Below are positions 12,344 through 27,136 of a DNA stretch of 64,000 nt, in pieces. Made by a program: the position numbers and the translations under genes. A model generated the notes under the pieces. That model was given only the letters and a program-made list of their open reading frames with translations. It had not been told where the DNA came from and did no database searches. Source of the stretch: the human T2T-CHM13v2.0 reference genome, Homo sapiens; assembly GCF_009914755.1 (NCBI RefSeq), contig NC_060941.1, one strand, 5' to 3'. The first letter of the stretch is position 1; each line of letters opens with the position of its first letter.

Positions 12344-13514
12344 AAATGGACTTCAGTGGTTATTGTTTTGTCATTCACTTCTAATTGCACTGTGGCCAAA
12401 GAATGTAGTCTATCTCCCATTAATTCTTTGCAAATTTTGAGAATGTTTGATGGCAAGTTATGTAGCCAATTTTTTAAAAGCTTCATGTATGATTGCTAAG
12501 AAATGTCTATGCTGTATTTTCTACAGTTTTCAGTGCTATATCCTATACATGCCTATCATATCAAGCTTGTTACATAGTTGAAATCTTCTGTCACTTACTT
12601 ACTGCCACTAACACATTAGCCAGCAATGCAACATTTCCCAAAACACAATGATAAATGTTTCATTTCATGCCTAATGTATGTTCAACAAGCACAGCCTAAA
12701 CCAACATTTCCTTGACTGGAAACCAGAAAAATAAAAAAGTGACAGGAATCCAAATGTCACATTATGATGCTGGGAATAAGAATACAAAGCTAAATGATGA
12801 GAAGTTGCTTTGGTCAAAATATCTACAAGAATTATTTCATTTTCAATATAAATATTATATTCATCCAATTTTTAATTTTAACAATTTTGTGATTTCTACA
12901 TGATAAATAATAATTGCTATAATTTTGAGTGTTTACTTTGCACCAGGCATCTTATTTTGGATTGTGTTCAGTATACATTAGCTCAACTATTAACCCTGTG
13001 GCCTCTCTACACTAGACTGGAAAAGACATCTAGAACAGTAACATTTGTGTTAGAGGAAAGAAAATGCTTTATAGTAATAAATCTGAGCCTTCGAGGCTGG
13101 AGGTGATAGGATGTCCCATTTTTATCCTGCCTTTCTAAGAAAAGCTTACTTGAACTAGTCCCAAAGGAATATGTGAGAGGACTTTATATAAAAGGCTGAT
13201 CCTTGTAAACCTGTAGTGGAAAAATTAGTTATTTTTTCTTCAGGAAATCTATGCACTGTTTTAACATCTATTTGTTTCTCTATTTCATAGATTGATATCT
13301 GTGTATCAATAATCAGCTGTGGATCAATTGTCCGTGAAAACAGTCTTTTACCTTTTGTTCTTTGTTTTATAATGATTCTTTTGAACCCAAGAGAAGAGAT
13401 AGTCAATGCAATCAGATTCTGAAATAGAGGATACATCTTCTAAAAACAGATAGACTTTAGCAGTGACAACAGTTATGTGTTTGGGAGGCAGAACATTCTT
13501 TTTTTAAAAAAAAG

Positions 13515-14930
13515 CTCAGGGATATCAACATGGCAGACAAGGATGGGTTGCTGGCTCCCTTCCCCAAAATCAATCCTGGAGAAAGCACAGGAAGCATGAA
13601 TCTGAGATACTAATAACTATAACAATAATAAACATAACAAAAGCAAATTTTGAGAAGCTCCTGGGTGGAATAAAGACAGTCCTAAGGGGGTACAGCCTGG
13701 GGAAGAAAATAATAGAAAACCGCTGTAAGAAGGTGGGTTGCAGGAATGCTTTACCTTCTGCTCTTGTCTCTCTCTTTTGTAGCCAGGTAAAATCATATCT
13801 GTTCCATTACCATGTTGGGAGCAAGAACTCAACATAGTGTTGACATCAGTCAGTCAATACCAAGGAAAGCAAAGCCCTCCTTGGGTGAGGAGTTGAAGAA
13901 AACAGGCACAGACTTCTCTGAACTTCCTGGGTATTCCCCCTTCCAAAGGCTTCCCTCCAAACTCCCAGGACTAGTGACTCAGTCATTAGACACTCACTTC
14001 CAGGAGCTTAGGTAAATTCCCGACCAGCAGGTTTTCCTGATGAAGTAACTGTGAAAGGGAGTGGTACGGCAATGAAGGGCTCTGTCTTGGGGTTCATAAT
14101 CTTGTCCTTCTATAAGCTCATCCAACAGGTCAGGGACTAAAGGTGGGCTTCTGCTCTTCCCCAGTCAGGATATCTGATAGTCCCAGGGGAAAATGGGCTC
14201 CCTGGCCAAAGTAAATAAACCTGAGGAGCAAAACTACTACCAAAAAGAGACACCTAAATAACATATATTATCTGAAGCAGTATAATTGGAACAGATGAAA
14301 CAAGAATTTTTTAAGTGCGTAATAGGCCGGGTGTGTTGGCTTATGCCTGTAATCACAGCACTTTGAGAGGCCAAGGCAGGTGGATCACTTGAGCCTAGGA
14401 GTTCAAGACCAGCCTTGGCAATATAGTGAGGCTCCTTCTCTACAGATAATACAGAAATGAGTCAGGTGTGGTGGGGTGTGCCTGTAGTCCCAGCTACTCA
14501 GGAGGCTGAGGAAAGAAGATCAATTGAGCCCAGGAGGCTGCAGTGAACCGTGGTCATACCCTGTACTCCGGCCTGTGTGACAGAAGGAGATCTTATCTCC
14601 AAAAAAAGTCCATAATAAACATACAAATAGTAATATATATATACTTAATATACTGAAAAGTGTAATGGAAGAAGTTACAGACATGAAGCTGCAATTAATG
14701 TCATAGAAGAAGGAAAAAGTGAAAATGATAGGAAAAAGAGCAAGTTAGCTAAAGCCAAAGAATAGAATTGCGCATTGGAAGGATGGTAAGATTGAAGAAC
14801 TCCCTGGGAGGCAGCAGAGAAAGATAATAATACAGAAAATGTAAAAGAAAAGCTAATATTTGTGGAGGACAGAGGAAGTGACAACATCTAAATAATAGAG
14901 TCTGAGAAAAATAGAATTGGAAAGATTTTA
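13515..14930 (+). mobile_element. Possible degraded 5' region/ORF1 of an old L1 or HAL1
   Basis: caacatggcaga start-like motif and A-rich ORF1-like text at 14640-14930; weak. Confidence 0.35.
14325..14607 (+). mobile_element. AluJ
   Basis: ggatcacttgagcctaggagttc and ttgagcccaggaggctgcagtga J-type diagnostics; heavy decay. Confidence 0.88.
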
Positions 14931-15149
14931 TCCAAGCTCAAGCTGATTTGAAAGTCTGCTTTTTATCACATACTGTATCATCTCAAAGTATTAAGAATTT
15001 CTCTTAAGGAAGAATACATATTTATTGTACTTTATTAATTTGTTATTGTGCGTTTCTATCCCCTAATTTTCACTATGGTTAGTACAAAGTTAACATCCAA
15101 AAGCCATAAGTCCATAATGTCTTTTTTTGAAAATTAAAAAATACATACA

Positions 15150-15265
15150 TTTTTATAGATTTGGGAGCATAAGTACAGTTTTGTTACTTGGATATATTGC
15201 ATAGTGGTAAAATCTGGGCTTTTAGTGTAACTACCAACCAAATATTATACATTGTGCCCACTAGG
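15150..15265 (-). mobile_element. L1PB/L1MA 3'-terminal fragment
   Basis: gtacagttttgttacttggatatattgcatagtggtaaaatctgggcttttagtgta. Confidence 0.75.
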
Positions 15266-15489
15266 AAAATCTTTAAAAAATGAGCAAAAATGTTAGTTTT
15301 CCAAAAGCAGTGAGACCATCCCAAATCGAGTTTCAATCTCTGTCAATGTAAATCAAAGTATTGTTATGCACATTGTCATCACTGTGTAGATACTGTTCTA
15401 TATTTTCACACACCCAATTTTAATTTAATTCCCATTTATTAGCATATTTGTCATATTTAGTGGCTCCCTAGTATTTCATCCTTCCAGTA

Positions 15490-16003
15490 CAGGCATATCA
15501 CAGAGATATTGTGTGTTTGGTTCCCGACCACCTCAATAAAGCAAATATTGCAATGAAGTGAATACTGCGATGAAGCAAATATCTCCATAAAGTGAGTCAC
15601 ATAAATTGGTTGGTTTCCCAGTGCATATAAAAGTTATAGACTATTCAGGAGTGTCTGAGGGAGAGAATACAGTCATGGGTTCTTGGTTTCTGTTTCTGGT
15701 TGGGCCAGTAAAGCCCCTTCCTCATCCCTCTTTTCTGCTTATCACTAAAGACAGAAACTTTAAAACCATGGCTTCTGGCTGCTAAAAGCCTAAAGCAAAA
15801 CAAAACAGAACAACAACAACAAAATAAGGTGGGTTGGACAAGCTTGCAGTTTATTCAGTGAGCATTATGTCTAAAAAACAATGTGCATTCCTTCATTTAA
15901 AATACATTATTGCTAAGAAGGGTTAATGATCATCTAAGCCATTCTTAAGTCCTAATCTTTTTGCTGGTGGAGAGTCTTGTCTTGATACTGATGGCTTGCT
16001 AAC
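15490..16003 (-). mobile_element. Tigger1 (TcMar) terminal fragment, interrupted and truncated
   Basis: TA|caggcata TIR; gagatattg...ggttcccgaccac...gcatataaaagtta...gcattatgtctaaaaaacaatgt...ctttttgctggtggag. Confidence 0.8.
15646..15846. mobile_element. MER107-like hAT (MER30/Charlie-related) element nested in Tigger1
   Basis: Ends caggagtgtctga and gggttggacaagcttg; ~200 bp; family name from memory. Confidence 0.65.
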
Positions 16004-16004
16004 C

Positions 16005-16082
16005 GAACTCCTGACCTCGTGATCCGCCCACCTCAGCCTCCCAAAGTGCTAGGACTACAGGCGTAAGCCACCACACCTGGTC
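16005..16082 (-). mobile_element. Alu 5' 78-nt fragment (inverted copy of the Alu head at 17705)
   Basis: gaactcctgacctcgtgatccgccc...gtaagccaccacacctggtc; no right arm or tail. Confidence 0.9.
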
Positions 16083-17420
16083 AATGTTTATTATTTCAAT
16101 GCATTAATGGAGTAAATTATATTATAGGTTATTTTCAAACGTTACATCAACCTTAGGTTACATTCAATTTTTTCCATAAGATAATATTACTGGATTCAGT
16201 TTGCTAATAATTTGTTAATGATTTTTGAGAGACTGACCTGAGGGATTTTTTTTTTTGGACTCTCCTTGGCATATTTTTAAATTGATGTTATGCTAGTCTC
16301 ATAAATTCAGTTGCTGAATGATGCTACCTTTTTCATCCTCTGAAAGAATCAGTATAAGATGAGTTATTTGTTTCTTAAATATTTAGTGGAACTGGCCAGT
16401 AGGGCCATCTGGGCTTGATATTGTATATCTGGAAAACATTTTGACTACTATTTCAATTTTTCTGATGGTTATAGGATGATTCACATTTTCCGGTCTTTTA
16501 CAGAGTCAGTTTTGGTAAATTTTTATAGTTTAGGAATTTTTCCTCTTCCCCTAAATTTGACATTTGTTGGCATTTATAAATTTCTATGTCCTTGCATTCT
16601 CTACAACTTGGTGATTACATACGTTATTTTTATACATTATTGGACTTGATTTGCTAATAATTCCAGATTTGTATGTGTGTGTTCATGAGTGAGTTGGCCT
16701 GGAATTTTTATTTCTCTTCTTGTACCAGTCATCTTTTCTATCAATATTACAATCTTTTAAATTGGTTTGAGAGTATTTTTCTCTTTCTCGCTTCTCTGGA
16801 AAAGTTTGTAAAAGACTACAGTGACCTGTCCCATGGGAGATTTTTATAGCACTCACCTGTAAAATTATATGAACTCAGTGTTTTCTTTGTTGAAAGATTT
16901 TTAACTGTTTTTAAAATTTGCTTAATTATATTAGATTATTTAGTTTCCTGTTTTGTCTTGCGGCATTTTATGTATTCCTGGAAATTTGTCCATTTCACCT
17001 GGGTTCTCCAATTATTGGCATAATGCTTTTTTAATATCTTATTTTTTTAATCTCTGATGATCTGGAATATATCCTTTTTAAAATTTAATGTTATTAATAT
17101 CTCTCTTTTATTGATAACATTACCATAGCTTTATTTTTATTCCCAATATTGTTTATTTGCACTTTGTTCTTTGATCAGTCCTACCAGAAATTGCTTCATT
17201 TTTCTAACTTCTTAAGCTGGTTGCCTACTTCATTAACAATTAACCGTTTAAAAATAAATGGCAGGTTAAGTGTACCCATTTCTCTCATTTTAGCTTCATC
17301 CTTCAAGATTTGAGAAGTACTATTTTCATTATCAATTATTTCTAAGTATTTTAATTTAAATGTTATGAACTTATTTTTGATTAGGAAATACGTTGACATT
17401 GATAAGAATTTATAAGCCAC
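16083..17420 (-). mobile_element. Old L1M ORF2 fragments (minus)
   Basis: ggattcagtttgctaataattt, gccatctgggcttga, tttgtccatttcacct: reverse-complement L1 ORF2 text. Confidence 0.7.
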
Positions 17421-17704
17421 AAAAGTAGATACAGTAAACTATCTTCCACTCACCCGGACTGTCATCAATAACCACCTCATCCCCACCCAAAATAGTACCA
17501 ATGTAAAAAGTGTCAAAAGTGTCTTAGGTCTAATTCCAGAAGATCAATTCTTAGGTCTAATTCCAGAGATCAATTCAAAGTGCTTTTAATTTTACCTTAA
17601 TTTTATCTTATGGAAAAAACTGAATGTAATCTAAGGTTGATGTAACGTCTGAAAATAACCTATAATATAGTTTACTCCATCAATGCATTAAAAGAAAAAA
17701 CATC

Positions 17705-18077
<373 letters not shown>

Positions 18078-18255
18078 TTAGCAAAAGAGAAATAGAAAAG
18101 ATCACTTTAACCAGATAAAAGGTATTTGACAAAAGACTCATCAAATTTCATTTATTCTTTATTGTGAAGTTTTAAAATATCCCTTTTAAACTAGGAAGAA
18201 GAAAAGAAGGTCTACTATCATTACTTGTATTCACAAGTGTATGACAAGAACATAA

Positions 18256-18578
<323 letters not shown>

Positions 18579-19284
18579 CCTATCTTTAATCATAGATGCC
18601 ATGACGGTATATATAAAAAATGAAAATGAATGTACAAATTATTAGAAATAAGAGCTTAGCGTGATGTCTGAATAAATGATCAATGTTCAAAAAGCAACTG
18701 CAGTTTTTATACATCAGCAAAAAAATTATAAACATTTACAGCTATGACAACAAACAAAGAATCTTAGAAATAAGCCTATCAAAAGATGTGCAAAACCCTA
18801 AGGAAAAAAATATAAGGCTTTTTGAAAGACATAAAAGGAAGATCTAAATAACTAAGAGATATATCAGGGTGATGAAAGTCTCTTCATCAGTTCTCTGCAG
18901 ATTAATCTAGAGTGTAAGTCCAATGAAAACTTCAAGAGCTTTCGACAAGGTGGATCTAAAATGTACAGGGACAAACATAGTACCATGACATCCCCAAAAA
19001 GAACAGGCGGTGTGATATTCCCTACAAGAAATTTGGGTCTAACATAATGTTATCATAATCAACACAGTATAGTCTTATCATAGAGAACAGAAAAAAATTG
19101 ACCAATGAAACAGAATTGAGAACCTAGAAACAGGCTCACACTGGACAGAGCTGGCATTACAGTTTAGTGGGGATGTGACAAGCCAATGTATTCTAAAAAT
19201 TACGCTGACACAAGAAGTTATTCATATTGGGAAAAATAAAAGCAAGCCCCTATCTTACACAATGGACAAAAATAAGTTATTTCC

Positions 19285-19810
19285 ATTTTTAGGTCTATAT
19301 CCAAGAGAAATATAACTTATGTTAACACAAAAACTTGTAACATGAATGTTCATAGCAGCAATTTTCATAACAGCCCCAAAGGAGAAACCACCAAAATGTC
19401 CATCAATTGATGAACACGCAAATGAAATACAGTATATCCACACAGTGGAATATTATTCAGCAATAAAGAGAAATGCAGACCTAATACATGCTACAGTAGG
19501 AATGAACCTTGAAAACACGCTGAGTGAAGGAAGCCAGTCACAACATATTGTGTGATTCCAATATTTTACATGAAATATCTGAAACAAGCACATCTATAGA
19601 GATAGATTAGATTAGTGGATTGTCTAGGTCTGGGAGTGTTGAGTGGAAATGAAGAGTGACCATTAATGGGTCTGAGTTTTTGGAGAGAGGTGACACAGTT
19701 AATGGTGAAGATGGTTTTGCAACCCTGAAGATACTGAAAACCACTGAATGGTACAGTGTAAATAGGTGAATTGTATGGAATGGCAATTATATCTCAATAA
19801 GACTGTTTCT
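19285..19810 (+). mobile_element. L1MB/MC-type 3' end nested in the older L1
   Basis: gaatgttcatagcagc...aaatgtccatcaattgatgaa...ggaatattattcagcaataaag...aattatatctcaataa. Confidence 0.7.
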
Positions 19811-20845
19811 TTTTAAATCAGTTCTTAGTGGATGAGAAACCAAATGTGAGACCAAACTTTTAAAAATATGGGAGATGGCTTTATGACTTCAAAGTAAGGA
19901 AAGGCATGACTTAAAGGGCACTAACTTGAAAAGATTGATGAATTAGATTGCAATACAGTTAAGAACATTTGTTCATCAAAAGACACAAGAAAGAGAATGA
20001 AAAACTAAATCACAAACTGGAAGGGAACATCTGCAACATATGTAACTTACAAAAGAATATTATCCAGAATGCCTAAAGTATATCAACAAGTAAAAGATAA
20101 ATAACCCAACAGAAAATAAGTAAAAACAATACATGACTAGGCACATCATAAAAGGCAACATTTTAATGGTAAACATGAAAAGGTGCCCAACTTCATTAGT
20201 CATCACAAATGCAAATTAAGGCTATTTTGATATCATTTTACAATCACCATATTTGCAAAACTCAAGAAGTCTGACAATACCAAATGCTGGCAAGAATGTG
20301 TATCAATGGGTACTCTTACACATTATTGATTTGGGTGTAACGTGATAAAACCCTACTGTAAGTTAACTTGGCACTACCTCGGAAAGTTGGACACGTTCAT
20401 AAGCTATATCTGTTGAGAATCTCTTACACGTGAACACCAGGCACATGCCCAATAATGTACACAGCAGTATTTGTACCATAACTCAACTTGTCCGTCATAG
20501 TTGTCATTGATTTATCTTGATACAATGGAATATTATATACAGCAAAATGAATTAACCAGAGCTGTGCACAACACAATGGGTGAATCTTAAACATAAGATA
20601 CTGAATGAAAAATGCAAATCAGATTACCTACAACATGCAACCATTTTTACAAAGTTCAAAAACAAACAAAAATAATATTTTGTTCAGAGAATATATATAT
20701 GTACAATAAAGCCATAAAACATTATTAGGTAACTATCAACACACAATTATGAATAATGGTTAACTCTGGGGAAGGGTGGTTAGGAATATGGGAAAGGAAG
20801 GAGCACACAGGTACAGGCAGCAATTTTAATAGTGTTCCAATTCTT

Positions 20846-21143
<298 letters not shown>

Positions 21144-22024
21144 ATGTTCCAATTCTCAACTTGAGTGGTCAGTTCATGATGTTCATTTTGTTGTATGTAT
21201 TAGTATTTAAATATTAATTATGACATATTCTTTGTATGTATCAGACACTAGATAAAAATTTTAAAAAGATGACACAGACGTTTTAAGCCCAGCTGACAAG
21301 AAGAATGCTTCTAAAAGATAATTTCTTAAATTTTAGGACAATAATTATTTTTAATACATTGTAAGAGTGCTACTATTTATTATGGAAATGCACATAGCCC
21401 AACAATTTTGCTTTTTTTGTGAATATTTCATAGGAGACACTTAATTCTAATTATGTTTTTGAATATTACATGGCTTCATTATTCCTTACTTTTGTTTAGT
21501 ATTTAATAAAGTTAATTAAAAAATAATATATTCTCTTCAGAATAACATATTAGTAGTTCTAGTATGCATTTTAATTATGTATTGTTAATATTAAGGCCAC
21601 CAAATTTATGATTTTAAATCATATGAAATGTATCAAAATTATTCCTCCATTTTCATTATTCTGGACACAATACACATACTTGGATTTAAGCTTATAAATT
21701 CAAAAAAATACATTATTTTAATTTACGGTCTTTTAGTCTCCTAATATTATTTTGTAAATGTCACATGCAAAAGAATTTTCTTTCATTTTATAAACAACTC
21801 CCATAAGACCTTAAGCATAAAAGAATTTAACCTTAAAAGAAAACATGGCTTTTGCCTTCCAAAGATAAAAGTTACTACTAGAAATAATGACAGATGGTTA
21901 ATTTGTTTCTAACAAATTAAATACAATAATTAAATACTAATCAGCTCTGTTTTGAAGCAGGAGAATGGTGTGTCATGAGCACGACGGGTTCAGGCCATAG
22001 GCATGATTAAAAATAAACAAAATG

Positions 22025-22320
22025 GGCCGGGCGCGGTGGCTCACGCCTGTAATCCCAGCACTTTGGGAGGCCAAGGTGGGAGGATCACAAGGTCAGGAGA
22101 TCGAGACCACGGTGAAACCCCGTCTCTACTAAAAATACAAAAAAAAAATTAGCCGGGTGCAGTGGCGGGTGCCTGTAGTCCCAGCTACTCGGGAGACCGA
22201 GGCAGGAGAATGGCGTGAATCTGGGAGGCGGAGCTTGCAGTGAGCGCCACTGCATTCCAGCCTGGGTGACAGAGCAAGACTCTGTCTCAAAAAAAAAAAA
22301 GAAAAAAAAAAGAAAGAAAA
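22025..22320 (+). mobile_element. AluY with the 12-bp left-arm deletion of the Yd (Yc3) lineage
   Basis: gagatcgagacc^acggtgaaaccccg; also a right-arm deletion gtgagc^gccac. Confidence 0.85.
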
Positions 22321-22401
22321 TGGTAGAAGACAGACTATTAGGAGGTTTTAATTCAGCACAGTCTGAGGCAGAGGTGTTCCTAGAAAGATGAGTGCCTCCA
22401 C

Positions 22402-22796
<395 letters not shown>

Positions 22797-23417
22797 TTAC
22801 CTCTTCGAGTCATATTTTAAGATGCTGGGTTGTCTATGTTAATGTGCCTAAGTGTCCCTTTCAGAAGAGCTGTAGCCTTGTTTATACCCACGATGTAGCA
22901 AGGAAGCAGAATTTTCAAGATGTGGATTAGATTTCAAGAGAAGCAGTCCAAGCTCCTGACTTCCTCATCACTGGAAATTTCTTCCCACAGTGAAAGGGCA
23001 AGGACCCTAATAACTGGAGCCCTGACGCCATTCTTCCACCTTCCTCGACATTCTTCAGCTGGTCACAAACACAATTAGTTAGTGATACAGTATGGAAGTG
23101 ACTAACCTTTGGTCAGGCATTATCAGAACTGCTTCATTCAGGCTTCTGAGAGCACGATGTCACAGAATTCAAATGTACTTGTGCTTCTTATGTAAATTAT
23201 GAGTGAGCGTAGACTAGAAAGGCTGAGGCGTGCCTGCTCATGGCTGTTGGCTAAAGGAAAGAGCACTACAACACCACCGGCATCTTTATTATTACAAGGA
23301 CGTAAATGCCGCAGGACCAAAAACCTCCCAGATGAGTAAAGATGTAAAATGAACATCTAATTTCTCTACTGGTCACATCATGTAGAAAAGGTCAGAGTGC
23401 TACTATAGCCACTATAG

Positions 23418-23924
<507 letters not shown>

Positions 23925-23996
23925 TAAGTATCATACAGTGAGAACTAAGCGTACTATATTGAGGAGGGCAAGTTGCTAGATATATATCTATAATAC

Positions 23997-25967
23997 TGAT
24001 GGCAGCAATGGGCCGTCCAGATCCCCAAGGCAACCTAGTGCACCACCCACACCCTTGCACAGCTGGGCAGGACCCACTTCCAGGCCTGGAGCCTCTGCCA
24101 CGGCCTCAACCTCCCTCCCCATAGGTCTCAGGAGCCCACCAGCACGTGGCTGAAGGTGCAGCTGGGGACTCCTGAAGCCGGTCCCAAGAGCATCAGGTTT
24201 GCTTGGGCAGGGTTGGCTGGGGTTGCCAGGCCACCTGCCCCTCACCTGCCACTGCTGCAGGGAAAATGCAGAGAGAAGGTGTGCAGTGTGCAGAACCCAC
24301 TCCTGGGAGGCCCCTGGAGCCCGCCACTCTGGGAGCTGTTTTGATGGGGTCCGGCCGCGTCACCTGACAGTGGTGGAGCAGCACGGTTGGGCACAGAAGG
24401 GTGGACAGAGAGGTGCCCTGAGGCGGAGCTGGGCCCAGGGCGGTGCTGCGCTCTACACAGCCGGTGGGAGCTGGGAGCAGGCAGGAGCCTCACCCTCCTG
24501 GGTGCAGCTGTGGTCACTCAGGTCGGGGCTGTGGACCTGGGCCTCCCTGTGCTCTAGGGGTCTAGAAGCAGGCAGGAGCCCTGCCGTCCTGGGTGCAACT
24601 GCAGCCACCCAGACGCAGCCACGTACCCAGGCATCTCAGCACTCTCGGGGGCCTGGGAAGGCCCCCCATTTCCCCAACAGGGTCAGAGATGTCTGCTCCC
24701 ACTGCCTGGCCTCTCCCTGCTCCCGGCACCCACTCCAATCCTGGAGCAAGGTTGGGGCCGAGCCCAGGTGCTGTTGCAGCCTGGCCGGTTGTGCGCACCC
24801 TCGAGGTATCACGGACACAGCAGCCCCCTGCTGCCTCAGTCCCCTCCAGACTTTGGGCACCAACGGGCATGGGAGGGAGGCCAAGGCGGGGCTGAGGGCA
24901 GCTTGGCACTGGCCTGCGCCCCTTGGCACAAACAGCCTGGGCAACATGAATGGCAGCAGGAGGCAGACAGGCTTCTGGCAGGAGGTGGGTCCCTGGTGAA
25001 GCCCTACCTTCAAGCCAGGGAGGGACTGAAGCCTGGGAGCTGGGCTGCTGGTCCCCGCAGATGGCAGTGGAAACCTGTGGTGCTTTTTCTCGGCCTGCCA
25101 TGGCCATCCATGGACCAATCACAGGCACTTCCTCCCCTCTGAGGCCCATAAAAAGCCCCGGACCCAGCCAGATCAGAAGAGACAAAGGATGACCAGCTGA
25201 CAAGAGGAGCTACCCACCTCAGGGTCCCCTCTCTGCTGAGAGCTGAACACTCATTGGGACAACCTGCCTGCAGAGAGGAGCTACCCTCTCTGCTAAGAGC
25301 TGAACACCTGTCTAGACACCCTGGCTACGGAGAGGAGCTACCCACTCTGGGTCTCCTCTGAGCTGTTCTATTGCTCAATAAAGCTCCTCTTCATCTTGCT
25401 CACCCTCCACTTGTCTGCATACCTCATTCTTCCTGGACACAGGACAAGAACTTGGGACCTGCCAAAAAAACAAACCCATGCCCCTTGCTCACCACATTGC
25501 AGATGACAAGGAGAGAGGAGAGACGAGAGAAGGAGAAGAGCTGCAGCCCTTCAGGGAGCCCAGACTCAGGAGCTCCCCAAGCCAGGGCTGTAACATCCTC
25601 TTTAAAGCTCTGCGGTTCCTGATGTCTCCAAGCTTCTGGGTGCCACACCACATTCCCCTGTGTCAGCCATGGCAGCTGCTTATGGTATGCCCAGTCCAGC
25701 TGCAACTTTGCAGGGAGCTAGCACACCTGGAGCTGCCCGCCCCACCGCTGCTGGCATGCCGGCCTGTGCACAGCAGCTGGACCCCATGCTCGCTCACATA
25801 CTATTCACCACTTTGAGTGGGATCCAGGCAGGTAATGCAAGCTGACACAGCCTGCCAGGCCAAGTGGGTGAAACAAACCCAGTGGACCAGAGCAAAACCC
25901 AGGCAAAGACGCCACTGGCCACAGAGGTTTCTGGCTGGTGAAGCAACACCCCAAGGATCCTGTAACA
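23997..25967 (+). mobile_element. MER52-family (ERV1) solo LTR, full length, TSD ATAC
   Basis: Starts TGATGGCAGC, ends GGATCCTGTAACA; 4-bp TSD at 23993-23996 and 25968-25971; GC-rich U3; CCAAT 25115, TATA-like CATAAAAA 25147, AATAAA 25377. Confidence 0.88.
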
Positions 25968-26739
25968 ATACTCTAATCTTACTTTGAAGATTTTGAAAAT
26001 ACTCCAGGACCATACAGTAATTCAAAGTCATTATTACAAAGACCAATTATCAATGTAAAGTCACATAAATGTATAAAGTTTAAGAGATTGGGGTTAATCT
26101 ACAGAAGCCAGATGAATATCCTGTTAAGTAATTTTGAAAAAAAAATTCTTGTTTTTAGCTATTTACTTTAATGGAGCCTATACATTTAAATTCTCCTTAC
26201 CTCTTTTTCTTTAGATTCTAAATAATAAGGAGTTTATTATTTAATAACTTAGCTTTATTTATTACTATGTATTTCCCATTTTAATGTTTTTATATAAATC
26301 ACCCCAAATTTGTTCTTAGTTATATGTCCCTAAAATTTCACTGAGACTGCTGTCAAGTTGGAAATACTGAGAGATAACTTTTAGTGTCTGCAGCGGCCAA
26401 CTTATGAAGTAAAGGGGGAATGAAGTCACCCATGGCTATTTTTTCAAATAATGTTGAAGGGGGAAAAAAAACCCTGATGACTAGGTTTGAAAATACATAT
26501 TTCTGTTATTTATAACATAAAATCGAAGTATATATTTATTATGAGTTTATATTATATGTATTAATAAATTTTTTAAATTAAAATATAAAGAAGAGATATT
26601 CTTTCTGTTATATTTGGTTCTTGTTCGTTATGTCAAAGTTATGAATGAGGCAAAACTTCAGATTTTTATTTGTCTAAAACTTTTCCTCCACCAAAATAAA
26701 ATATCTCATTTTACTTTTTAATAAAAGAAATACATTGAT

Positions 26740-27136
<397 letters not shown>

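Larger units (their letters stand above)
11130..12600 (-). mobile_element. Old L1M fragments (minus) interrupted by MLT1 and Alu
   Basis: tatgtaaatggaatattacatgtattttt...; tttagatatgtggtattttcattatcgtttagttcaaaatactttt; resumes after 12345. Confidence 0.6.

Noticed and set aside
21957-21978. Isolated Alu-like gcaggagaatggtgtg upstream of an AluY
   Set aside because: Too short to distinguish from chance; no other Alu sequence attached.
23988-26046. Cluster of long overlapping ORFs (up to 266 aa) in a GC-rich island
   Set aside because: All lie within the MER52 LTR; high GC suppresses stops; no gag/pol/env similarity. Not a gene promoter CpG island.
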